Below are positions 26,193 through 37,450 of a DNA stretch of 57,627 nucleotides, piece after piece. The notes beneath the pieces are model-generated. The model searched no databases and was not told the DNA's origin. It saw only the letters and a program-made list of their open reading frames with translations. The translations under genes and the position numbers were made by a program. Numbering within the stretch: position 1 is the first letter of the stretch; each line of letters begins with the position of its first letter. The stretch lies in NCBI GenBank assembly GCA_977020255.1, contig CDROCS010006758.1:1-57627 (forward strand), given 5' to 3'. The DNA is from Obrimoposthia wandeli (taxonomy: Eukaryota).

Positions 26193-27099
26193 ATGAACAA
26201 CTCAATCGTCGCCGAGTTGGACGAAGATGAGTGACGTTTGTTCACAGACGAATGGAATGGTCTTATCCCTTCTGCTACTCTGTCTCCTACTGCAAACGAT
26301 ACAATGTCTAAAGTATTCCAAAGGCCACAGACTCCATTGAGACGAGGCAGGAGAATAAAAGCAACGAATGAGATTGGATAATTTAATTAATTTATTTTTA
26401 TTTTTATATAGAAACTTCAACTGAATATTCAGTGACTTCAGTGAAAAGACAGCTGGAACCTGAGATCATCGAAAGTCAATGCAGCCAGGAGTTGCCAAGG
26501 ACTCAACTGCGATATCTGTTATCCTTCGATAATATTCGGGTAAATTATTTTGAAAAATATAATTAATTATTGACTTAAGAACCCGAGCAGGTAGAGGACG
26601 TGTTGGAAGAGGCGTCTCTTATATTACCGGTGGACCGGAAACAAGCAGTTGTGCAGAAGAGACACAAGATAACGCTGAAAATCGTCAGAAGGAAGAAGGT
26701 GAAACAGACGAAAATACCTATAATAGAGGTACATTTTTAATATTAAAAATATATATATTTTTAATGCAGGAACCAGATAAGGTGCAGCTACTGGAAAACT
26801 GGTTGGGAAAATCTACTCCTATTCCTTCAAGGTGCAAGCAGCAGGCAATGGGGCACAAGAAGAAGAGGAGGAAGGTGACGGAGTTTATCGAAGCGGCGAT
26901 TGAAAAGCAGGAGATTCTACCATATCCGGTTGATGATGGGCCGATCTTGTACGAGAGGATACCCGTTGCTCCGACCAGGATAACTCCTCCTCCTAGCCAG
27001 TGTCGTCTGCAGAAGACATTGCTGAATAACTTTACTCCGTCACCACCACCGGTTATTCAGCAGTCATTAAGCATCAGTAAAAACTTGGTGAGAGTTTGA
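26193..27099 (+). pseudogene. Decayed 4-exon gene of unknown function (K/R- and Pro-rich)
   Basis: GC-richer exons split by AT-rich GT-AG introns at 26540-26579 and 26729-26769, plus a donor-mutated intron at ~26377-26411; exon 3 splices in frame to exon 4 (IIE|EPDK). Confidence 0.5.
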
Positions 27100-27143
27100 G
27101 AGGCTGCATCTCCTCTTCCTGTGGCATTCACAAGCCAAAAAAT

Positions 27144-27928
27144 GGGCTAGATCCATGCATTTCTATAGTTTACCTGGTCTTTCATGGGCAACGGCAATAA
27201 AAACTCTTTAGATTAATGTCAAGTTACTGCAAGATCCGGTGACGTATAAAAGGTATGATTATGGTATACGGGGTGGATTGACTTTCGTCAACAAACATCA
27301 TCTTGTAAAGTATCAATCCACGGAGATTCTGTACATCAACATTAATAATTTGTATGGATGGGCACTTACTAAACCTCTACAACATGCCAACTTAAAGTGG
27401 TTGTATGATATGGAAGAGTTGAATAAGTTGATGATAGATTTGCTTACTGTTGATACAGTTTCATCAAATGTCGGCTATTTGATTGAGGTCTATTTAAAAA
27501 TCCCTCCCAATCTGCATGATAAATTAGATGATCTTCCAGTAACACCTTTTCATCAATGTCCACCTAATTCAAAGGTTAAGAAATTATTGTTGACAAGTTG
27601 AATTATGTGGTGCAATAGGTGGCTTCTTCAAATCTATGTAAAGTTAGAACCAAAAGTCACTTGTATTCATCGTGCTATAAGATTTAGTCAAAACTTTGTG
27701 TTTAAAGACTATATTGAGAAGAATTCTATAAAACGTTATTTGACCACTAGCAAATTTGATCGGGATTTTTACAAGTTAAAATTTAATGGTCTCTTTGGAA
27801 AAACTTTAGAGGACTTGCAGAAACATATTTGTATACGGTTTTGCAATGACGGGCGTAAACTAACGACATATACTAGCAAGTACAACTTCAAGCGATGTTT
27901 TACAATTACAGAGGATTATATAATATAA
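27144..27928 (+). pseudogene. Protein-primed DNA polymerase B, middle fragment
   Basis: GLDP..FYSLPGLSW, GIRGG, motif A ILYININNLYGWAL (catalytic D appears as N), motif B KLKFNGLFGK; internal TGA and frameshifts. Confidence 0.9.
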
Positions 27929-28597
27929 TTTGAGGATTAATTTGGTTTAACCACACAGAAACACACAAGAGGTTAAAGTTACATGTATCAATTAATTTTG
28001 ATATTGTGATATATAAATGACAAACCATGGTATACCGTTAAGTAGAAGGCAAAGGATGTTTTCCCAGTAACTTACTAAAATAAAAAAACATTATTAAATA
28101 GGTATTCAAAAAGTTATTTCAACTTTTAATGGGAAATAAATATATTTAAGTAAAAGAAAAGATCGAGATAAATTATTTGTATCGAAATAACTATTTAAAA
28201 GCAGTATATGGCTCTTAAATCGCATTGGGATTTTATTAAGAAATTTTAAATTATTTTTTAAATAACAAGTTAAGTTTCTGAAAATGAAATTTCTTAAATT
28301 TTTTTAACATATGGTAACAAATAACGATAAAATAAAATAACGATTAGTTTTAAAATCATTACATACACTTTTGTACACATAAATTGTGTTTGGATAAAAT
28401 TAAACAATTTCAAATTGATACTTTCATTTATTTTCAATATATTACACAATAACGTAAAAGTCAATTTATTAAATTGTGAGCCAATTAAATTGAAGTAGAA
28501 ATTACAAACTCACAATTTCTTTTCTTGCGTCATCAAAAAGTGGACAATATAAAAGAAAATTGGAAATTTTAAAATTATTCAACAGTAAAACTCAGAA

Positions 28598-28978
28598 ATG
28601 GCAATTGGAGGAAAGATTTCAGCAAAGTCAGCAAAGAAGATAAGCAGCAGCGCTGTAGCCAAGCCTGCTGGTGAGAAGAAGGTGAGGCGCGCCAAGAGAA
28701 AGGAGTCATATGCCATCTACATTTACAAGGTGCTGAAGCAGGTCCACCCTGACACCGGTGTTTCCGGCAAGGCCATGTCCATCATGAACTCGTTTGTCAA
28801 TGACGTGTTTGAGCGCATCGCTACCGAAGCCGCCAAGCTGGCCCAGATCAACAAGAAGTCCACTATCAGCAGCCGAGAAATTCAGACCGCTGTGAGACTC
28901 ATTCTGCCTGGAGAGCTGGCCAAGCACGCCGTCAGCGAGGGTACCAAGGCTGTCACAAAGTACACTGGTTCCAAGTGA
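28598..28978 (+). CDS. H2B: Histone H2B, replication-dependent type
   Basis: Intact intronless 126 aa ORF with [19 protein letters not shown]...[30 protein letters not shown]; CCAAT and TATA-like motifs upstream. Confidence 0.98.
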   Translation: MAIGGKISAKSAKKISSSAVAKPAGEKKVRRAKRKESYAIYIYKVLKQVHPDTGVSGKAMSIMNSFVNDVFERIATEAAKLAQINKKSTISSREIQTAVRLILPGELAKHAVSEGTKAVTKYTGSK

Positions 28979-29006
28979 TTTTTCATCTGAATGAGAAAGA
29001 TTCAAA

Positions 29007-29022
29007 GGTCCTCTTTAGGACC
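29007..29022 (+). terminator. Histone 3' stem-loop
   Basis: GGTCCT-CTTT-AGGACC: 6 bp stem, 4 nt loop, preceded by CAAA, 28 nt after the stop. Confidence 0.92.
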
Positions 29023-29677
29023 AAACATTTAGATTGAATTACGACATTTGTTTCTTTATCTTGTAAATGTTAATCTTATTATTTTAACGATATTTTTTGT
29101 ATTTTTAAAATTTTATATTGTCAATTAATGTAATTCTCGAAAATGTCTTAATCATCAACAAAATATATATAGCTTTCTCAAAATATAATTTTATGCATTT
29201 AAGGAATATTTTAATTTCAATAATAGTAATCATTATTCTTCATAAATATTTCTGTTAAAACGGTTTTAATTTGACCTGAATGCTCAATACAGAATTATTT
29301 TAATTTTCGTAAATATTTTAAATTTTTATTGCATTTTATATAATTATTTTTTAATTCAATTTTTGAATGTGGTCACAAATTTAAAAGCACAAATTCTTAA
29401 AACATAAATATCCAATAATTGAAGTTATTTCTTTAAGTAATGAATATTAAACTTCATTGTTTCGTTTCTGTCAATTATACTCTCGATTACGTTGTACCCG
29501 TTATAGTTATAATGTGCCAAGATTTGAGTTTAATTTGATCTTTTTGAGAATAATATTTTTTTATTTATTTATATTAACTTGCTTCAAAATTTTCTATGCT
29601 TGCTGTGATTAAAAATAAGCTTTTTAAATTTGTTATGGAAAGTACTACTGAAAACTCGAAAGAAGTATATGTGTACA

Positions 29678-29890
29678 ATGACTATTGTAAACAAATTAAA
29701 ACATGTCTGTAAATGTCACAAATAGTGATTTTATAACAAAGGTAATATGTGCGACTCTCGAAAAGCTACCTGATTTTCATTTTTTCTCCTTATAATTGGT
29801 GACTATTGTAAACAAATTAAAACATGTCAGAAAATGTCACAAATAGTGATTTTATAACAAAGGTAATATATGCGACTCGAAAAGCTTCTT
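29678..29890 (+). repeat. ~120 bp tandem duplication
   Basis: gactattgtaaacaaattaaaacatgtc...ggtaatat.tgcgact occurs twice. Confidence 0.85.
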
Positions 29891-30249
29891 TTCTTTTTCA
29901 TTTTTTTTTCTCCTTATAAGTGGTGTATGCATATTATTTCACCAAAAGGAATATGAAAAGTATTCTATTCTGTCAGTAACATTATTTTTCAACTGCACTG
30001 GGAGTATGTATATATATATACTTTCAAAATAAGCGTAAACTACAAAAGGAGGTTGAATTTACTTTTACCAATCTGTGAATTCACAATATTTATTATCCGG
30101 TATAGTGAATAAAGTTGTAGCATCAGTATTAAAATTACAATGTGTTCTATGTTTACCACAAGCAGCCATAGTTCAAAAACCCAAAATGAATTTCGGGCCC
30201 CAGTAAAGTTGTAAACCATAACTATGACAATTAAATAATCTATTTAAAT

Positions 30250-31059
30250 TAGATAATGATAAATGTTACGGTCTAACAAAAGTAAATTTGATTACAATTC
30301 CGTATTATTACCATTTTATTTAATAATTTAAGTGGTGTTATATATGAAGAACCCGATAATTTAGTTGATTTAAAGGAAATTTGTAATATTTTATGGATTG
30401 ACCAACCGCTACTCAATTCCGATTACTTTTCAATACAATTATTTAACTTGTCTGTTCTAATAACAATAAATCATAATCGAAAACAGCTGCTTTACAACTA
30501 ATATGCCATGTTTTAAATTGATTTTCTATGTTTATAAATTGAGCTTGAATACCAAATTATATTTTACAAGGCCCAAATGCATGTAAAATTTTATTTTACT
30601 TAGTAAATCATTTTTCACATCATTATTAATAACCAGTTTCAACATATTCTGGTTAGATGTAGTATCAAAAATAAGATTATCTTGAAGTGCACCACTTATT
30701 TGAGTATCATTATTTGTTATTGCTTCAGTTGCTACAAAATCATTATATAATTCATTAACAAATGATTTTTCATGGGTATAAAGTATATCATTTAAATCTG
30801 GAGATTCATTTAAAAATGTAGTGAAATCAAAATTAGGTGGAAATGTTGGACTATAAGGACGTGAGCAACTATCAACTATTTGGTATCTATTATTAAAACT
30901 ATCAACTGGTATTATATTATTAATTATTTCTAGTTTTATAATTTTAATTCTGCCTGATGATGATGATTTACGCTTATAGTTTGATTTCTTAGTATTAAAA
31001 TAAGTTAAAGGATTTTTATGATTACAATAAAACTTTAAATGTTTTATGCATGTAAACAA
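30250..31059 (-). pseudogene. pPolB N-terminal region (inverted fragment)
   Basis: The 175 aa ORF is followed after frameshifts by ELSSGWSIHKILQISFKSTKLSGSSYITPLKLLNKMVIIRN, matching the GSGW...GSSYI.LP..L..K..IIN motif N-terminal to the exonuclease in Polinton pPolB. Confidence 0.65.
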
Positions 31060-31181
31060 TATATTACATACAAGACATATGTACCCGTTTTTAAACTTGT
31101 AATATTTTTTCGTAATATCATGACAATTTAAATCATGGTTATTGTTAAATCTGTATAATACTTCAAACTATATTAATCATC

Positions 31182-31545
31182 AGTAGGTAGAAGGATGGAG
31201 TCTAGATCACTTGACCCCCCCCGTGTGCGCACACCAAGTTAAAGGGTAGTGTGAGCACACCAAGTTAAAGGGTGTCACACCATAAGGGTGTCTTGCCACA
31301 CCATAAGGGTATATGTTGCCTAACCATAGAAATGTCACAACATAAGGGTGTCTTGCCACACCATAAGAGTCTGGCTCAGAAAGGTTATGAAGGTTTGAAG
31401 GTATGGTCGTGACCGTCTATGGTCGACCAACATACCCAAGGGGTTGTGGTCGTCCATAGATGAAAGGGTCAAGGTCAGTTTTGACTTAAAGGTTTTAAGG
31501 GGGGAGGGGGGAAGGGTCAATTGATCTAGTCTCCACCCTTCTTTG
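31182..31545. repeat. AGTAGGT-type terminus with internal inverted repeat
   Basis: Begins AGTAGGTAG; 31189-31217 pairs with 31514-31542 at 26/29 nt; internal CACACCAAGTTAAAGGGT and GTCTTGCCACACCATAAG repeats. Confidence 0.6.
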
Positions 31546-31990
31546 GTATACCACTATGGTCGTCCATAGGTCAAAGGGTCAAGGTCAGTATTGACTTGAA
31601 ACTTTGAAGGTATGGTCATGACCGTCTATGGTTGGCCATCACATCTAAAGGGTTGTGGTCGTCCATAAATCAAAGGGTCAAGGTCAGTTTTGACTTGAAA
31701 CTTTGAAGGTATAATTAAGGTCAACTAGGTTGGCCATCACATCTAAAGGGTTGTGGTCGTCCATAGGTCAAAGGGTCGAACAAAAAAAAAAATTAAAATA
31801 TCAAGGTTTTAGTACATGGTTGTAATCATCTTTAGAAGACGAAGTCACCCATAAAGTATGACTGTCCATAAATCAAAGGGTCGGGATATAGACCAAATCA
31901 AGTTTTAAATGTCAAAGTTTGAATACATGGTTGTAATCATCTTTAGAAGACGAATTCATCCATATAGGTATGGTCGTCCATAGATGAAGG
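31380..31990 (+). repeat. Degenerate ~110 bp G-rich repeats (GGTCGTCCATA..TCAAAGGGTCAAGGTCAG)
   Basis: Motif recurs at about 31450, 31557, 31657, 31755, 31860 and 31972. Confidence 0.75.
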
Positions 31991-32129
31991 GTTAAAAAAA
32001 AGTTGGAATTTCATAGTTTCAAGTACATGGTTGTATTTGTCAACATATTACGAGTTTAATCATGTAAAATTTTTATGGTCGTTCACAAGTTAAGGGTCAG
32101 ATTTGTCATAAATTAAGAAATTATATAGT

Positions 32130-32892
32130 ATTCAATCAATTATTCTATGTGAAAGTTCACTCTTAAAAGTTAAGGAATGTATTACGTAATCACACACACA
32201 CTATTCTATGTGAAAATTTAGTCTAAAGTTCACTCTTATCATTTAAGGAATGTGGTTTTTAACACACATACTATTCTATGTGAAAATTTAGATCAAATAT
32301 AACCTTAAGGTTATTCATACTTTAAGAGGTTCTGGTGAAAAAAAAAATAAAAATACTTGTAATTTTCTAAAATAAAAATAAAAATATTTTTTACATATAA
32401 ATTTGTGCCAAATTATTTTGTTAGATTTTGATAAAGTTAAACAAATTTTTAACATTATTTAAAATAAATATTAAGGAAAATGTTAATAAACTCAAATTAC
32501 TTTACTAACAGTATTATTATTATTATTTTTTTTCATAAATATTTAAATTTACGCAAATTTTTATCCATTTTATTAATGTAATTAAACAATTCTTGTCGGA
32601 AAAATTACTTGTAATTTTGTTTTCTTCAAAATAATAATAATTTAAATTTAAATTTGCACCACTTTAATTTGTTAGATATTAATAAAGTTAAACAAATTTT
32701 AACAAGTTTTTAAATATTAAAGTACCAACACATCTATCAATCAATTATTCTATGTGAAAGTTCACTCACTCAATGTATTACGTAATCACACACACACTAT
32801 TCTATGTGAAAATGTAGTATAAAGTTAACTCTTATCAGTTAAGGAATGTGGTTTTTAACACACACACTATTCTATGTGAAAATTTAGATCAA
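32130..32892 (+). repeat. Duplicated ~165 bp block with CTATTCTATGTGAAA sub-repeats
   Basis: 32130-32295 recurs at 32735-32892. Confidence 0.8.
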
Positions 32893-33229
32893 TGTTTTTT
32901 TTTCTAGGTTTACACATCTTAAGAATTATGATAAAATTTCTTTAAATAACTTAAATTATATATTAAAATAAAAAAAAAATAAGAAAGAAGTCAGAAAATA
33001 ATACAAAATTAAACATATTTATTATGTAATTTCATAATATCATCTTCAAACTCAAGTAAATAACATTTGCAAAGTAAGAAAATTCATTCTTTATACATTC
33101 TTTCCGATTTAACGACTAAGTTACAGCGGGGAAAAAAAACAAAACAACAACACTAAGTTTAACGCTATGAATGAAAATTAGTAAAATATTAATTTATTTG
33201 AATACTTGAATGATAGTTTGAATAAATGA

Positions 33230-34440
33230 GAGTTAGATTGAATGTAAATGAATACAAGTATGAATGCAAATGAATGCAAATACAAGTAAGAGTCTTAGCA
33301 AGTGAATGTAATTTTAAAATAAGAGTGTCGATAGTATGATTGAATGTGAGTATAATTTAGACTATAAGTAAATAAAAATCGATTTTCGTAAGCAACTATA
33401 AGAAGCAGTGATATTGAGTTATGTTAAAAGTTAGAATGACTAAGTTACAGCAATATTAATAGAAAACAATACGATGTTTGACGGTATAAGTGAAAATTAG
33501 GAAAATATTAATGAATTTGAATGCTACTTAGAATGATTGTAAGTGAATACAAGTATGAATGCTAGTACGAATGTCAATACAAGTAAGTGTCTTAGCAAGT
33601 GAATGTAATTTAAAAATAAGAGTGTCGATAGTTTGATTGAATTCGAGTGTAATTTAGACTATAAGTAAATTAAAATAGAGTTTTCGTTGAATAAATTATA
33701 GTTAGATTGAATGTAAATGAATGCAAGTATGAATGCAAGTGAATGCTAGTATGAATTTCAATACAAGTAAGTGTCTTAGCAAGTGAATGTAATTTAAAAA
33801 TAAGAGTGTCGATAGTTTGATTGAATTCGAGTGTAATTTAGACTATAAGTAAATTAAAATAGAGTTTTCGTTGAATAAATTATAGTTAGATTGAATGTAA
33901 ATGAATGCAAGTATGAATGCAAGTGAATGCTAGTATGAATTTCAATACAAGTAAGTGTCTTAGCAAGTGAATGTAATTTAAAAATAAGAGTGTCGATAGT
34001 TTGATTGAATTCGAGTGTAATTTAGACTATAAGTAAATTAAAATAGAGTTTTCGTTGAATAAATTATAGTTAGATTGAATGTAAATGAATGCAAGTATGA
34101 ATGCAAGTGAATGCTAGTATGAATTTCAATACAAGTAAGTGTCTTAGCAAGTGAATGTAATTTAAAAATAAGAGTGTCGATAGTTTGATTGAATTCGAGT
34201 GTAATTTAGACTATAAGTAAATTAAAATAGAGTTTTCGTTGAATAAATTATAGTTAGATTGAATGTAAATGAATGCAAGTATGAATTCAAGTGAATGCAA
34301 ATACAAGCAGGAGTCTTAGCAAGTGAATGTAATTGAAAAAATAAAAATAAGAGTGTCGATAGTTTGATTGAATGCGAGTGTAATTTAGACTATAAGTAAA
34401 TTAAAATAGAGTTTTCGTATGAATAAAGTTATGTTAAGTT
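33230..34440 (+). repeat. 184 bp tandem array, ~6 units, homogeneous in the centre
   Basis: ATGCAAGTATGAAT recurs at 33721, 33905, 34089 and 34273 (184 bp period). Confidence 0.93.
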
Positions 34441-34550
34441 ACAGTAAATTAATAACAAGTAAGCAACTATAAGAAGCAGTGATATTGAAGAATGTTAAAA
34501 ATTAGAACGACTAAGTTATGGCAAGATTAATAGAAAACAACACTAAGTAG

Positions 34551-35202
34551 TTTTACAATTGCAGATGACTTGGTAGCAATGTTATTAGGAAAACAGTGTA
34601 TTTGTCTCGATTGACCGAGTTATATAGGTCAAACGGTTTTAGACATTTCTAAACTCAGAATGTACGAGCTTCAATACATAGAATTGGAGAAATATCGACG
34701 AAAATTCAATTGTGAGATCAAAATCGCAGCTGGGGACACTGACTCTTTCTTTTTAGAATGTAAAAATGTTAGTTTAAATAATCAATTATTACCGGCAATG
34801 TTTAGGGACAACTTATTAGATACCCATAAATATCCCGCTAACCATCCTCTACACTCTATGAGTTTAAAGGATATTATCGGGAAATTTAAGGATGAAAGCG
34901 AGGGACAGGTTTTGTATGATGATTTTATTTTCCTACGCCCTAAATGCTACAGTTTACATGCATCTAATAATACATGTTCAATGAGAGCAAAGGGTGTGGG
35001 AAGAAACAATCTTACACATGAGGCCTACCGGAAAGTTTATGATACTGTGTGTATTGAAAGCGTTGAGCAAACTAGATTTATTTCAAGAGCCCATCAACTG
35101 TATTCCCATAAATCAACAAAAAACGCTTTGAGTAGTAATGACGACAAGCGCTTTTGGGTAGAAAAGAACGCTAGCCTGGCTTATGGATACTTCCGAATTT
35201 AA
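34551..35202 (+). pseudogene. pPolB C-terminal fragment
   Basis: FTIADDLVAM...PSYIGQTVLDISKLRMY, motif C GDTDS, GKFKDE, LRPKCY, RAKGV, NDDKR. Confidence 0.92.
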
Positions 35203-35427
35203 ACGGTTTTGATTTTTTGATTTTTTTAGTTTAGTTTTTTAAAATTTTAGATCCCTATGGCACCTTGACTCTAACTTTTTGTTATTTCAAAACATTTTAT
35301 AGGATGGACCTTATCTTTGCTGACAGATCTCATTGTGATGTTGTTTTTAATAAATGTATTAAAAAAAATTTCGTCTTATGTCTTTTAATATTTTATCCTT
35401 ATATATTTAGGGATTTAAAAAAATAAT

Positions 35428-35847
35428 TCAAAATAAAACATTTAATTTTTTTATTTTTATGACACACTTATCATTTTGCAACGATAACCATAAAATACAT
35501 AAATGTCCACAGTTTCTCGTCACAGGATCCTGATATTGTATCTTGTTGTAAAATACTCTTCTTCGTCCTTTTTGAATAGTTGAAACAAGTTTGTGTGGAT
35601 AATACATTGCAAGTGGATCAAATACATGTATTGTCCACTCTCTAACATAAATAGCTATCCAATGTTCTCCTGGTAAATTCGAAGTATGAGTATTGATAAT
35701 GTATCCTCCAGATTGAAAAAATGGAATCATATCAATAGGATAAACTCCATTGAATTTATCACCCAAGACCTTCTCTGCTGATTCTTGTACTTGTACTGAA
35801 CTAAATAAAAATTAATAAATATAAATTTAAAAAATGTCTTACTTCAT
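35428..35847 (-). CDS. Adenain-like cysteine protease, spliced (exons 35847-35843 and 35800-35428)
   Basis: The 42 nt GTAAGA...TTTAG intron gives MNSVQVQESAEKVLGDKFNGVYPID; catalytic GEHW, FDP and Q...CG motifs present. Confidence 0.88.
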
Positions 35848-35848
35848 T

Positions 35849-37076
35849 CTATAATATGACAGTTATGTTTTTATTGATTTGTATTTCGGAATCAAACACT
35901 CCGTAAATAAGCACCGTAGTAGGATGTGTTAAAGCTGCATTGAATTTAATTTCTAGTCGTAAATTTCCATCCTTTGGTAGTTGGCATTGGTTTATATCAA
36001 AGTCAGGTGCCAAAACAAATGTGAAGAAGGGGCAGCTGCTTTTAAACTCAGTGAAAGAAATACCATTGTTTATATTTTTATCTAGTTGGCCCAAATTTCG
36101 AATAATAGATTGCGTATAAGCCAAAGCATAAGCGTTACCTTCGAAGTCTGTTTTATATGTTTCGCGATAATCATTATTTCTTGAAAGTGTCACTGAACCT
36201 ACATTATGATTGTCAAATTGAGTTGCATCTGTCGTATAATTTCTTAGATACTTTGCAGTTTTTTGAAAAGAAATTAAAATGAATTTCGGTAATCTTACAT
36301 TACCAAAAATTTGATCCTTATTAAAAGCTTGTGTACCCGTACCTAAAGAATAGGATATAAGTTTAGTTTCTCTAATAGGATAACAAGCATTGTTTTTTCC
36401 ATTCCTATATTATGTGCCATTAAAACTGATTGCTCGGTTTTAACTCTTCGGACATACAATTTTGGATCCAAAATATAAAGTCTAGGTTTTAGAAAGTCTG
36501 TGCTTATCAAAGAAAAATTCCTTTATTACGTTTCAAACGAAGATGTACATTAACACCGGGAATTAAATATTTCGGTTGTTCAAAGAAATTCAATCTCAAA
36601 GACCCACACATTTCGTAAGCTTTAGAACCTGCAATCCATTCTTTGTGAGTTGCGACCGTTTTATCATAACCAATGGTTGCCAAATTAGTATTTTGAGTAT
36701 CAGTACTATAATTCAAAAGACTTTCAATCAAAGCTTTATGAGCATAGGAAGAATATTCACCTTCAATTTTGACATTATTAAGAGTAACAATGGCATCACT
36801 AAATAAAAAATTAAAGAGATAATTTACAGGTGTTACATCTGCATTTTCATCTAAATTAGTACCATCCCGATTTAATACTTTTATTTGAACATAAAGCAAA
36901 GTATCATTCATATCTAAATACTCGCTATTGGAACCATTAATATTAAATTCTAAATCGGTTAAAGTGGTTCCTGAAACTGAGTTAACTAGAAATATTTCTT
37001 CAAAGGAAGCATTATCTACAACTACTTGTGGAAGCGGTTTATCAAAAATACACAATTCAGTTTTGGCGCAACTCAT
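35849..37076 (-). pseudogene. Major capsid protein (double jelly-roll/hexon-like), disrupted
   Basis: MSCAKTELCIFD..PQ, LEFNING...YLD, G.LRLEIKF..AL; frameshift near 36520 and an in-frame TAG near 36485. Confidence 0.88.
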
Positions 37077-37450
37077 TTTGGAAATATTGTTCCTTCAACT
37101 TTCTTACGTTTGTTTATATTGATTTTTTGCTTCTTTTTACTTTTAAATCCACTACCTCCTTGGCTTTTATTTGATTTACGTTTTCTAATCAAATTAGCAA
37201 CTTCAGGTAAAACATTATCAAGTTCATCAAGCGCATGCTTCTTAAAAGTTGGTATTAGTTTATTGTCATTAGATGAAAGGTAATCCTTTCCTAATTTTGA
37301 TATAAATCGCCCGAGTCTCTTTAAAAGAGGAAAGGCAAATCTACCTAATGTTCTAAGCCAGCCAGATCCATATTGTTTACCAACAAAATATGGTAATTCT
37401 CCACCTTGTTGGCTTTGACTATAAGCTTCAATTATTGCTGGATTCGCCAT
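37073..37450 (-). CDS. Basic Gly-rich virion core/cement-like protein (125 aa)
   Basis: QQGG..YFVGKQYGSG, an amphipathic WLRTLGRFAFPLLKRLGRFISK helix and a K-rich tail; stop overlaps the MCP start (ATGA). Confidence 0.8.
   Translation of the reverse strand: MANPAIIEAYSQSQQGGELPYFVGKQYGSGWLRTLGRFAFPLLKRLGRFISKLGKDYLSSNDNKLIPTFKKHALDELDNVLPEVANLIRKRKSNKSQGGSGFKSKKKQKININKRKKVEGTIFPK

Noticed and set aside
28525-28535. TGCGTCAT motif shared by the H2B promoter and the ORF A promoter (~41830)
   Set aside because: An 8-mer in different positions relative to TATA; could easily be chance.
28706-29005. 99 aa antisense ORF over H2B
   Set aside because: Shadow frame of a GC-rich conserved gene.
33230-34440. 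CRISPR-like array (also the 23 bp array at 6236-6505)
   Set aside because: Units are contiguous with no unique spacers, there are no cas genes, and the context is eukaryotic.
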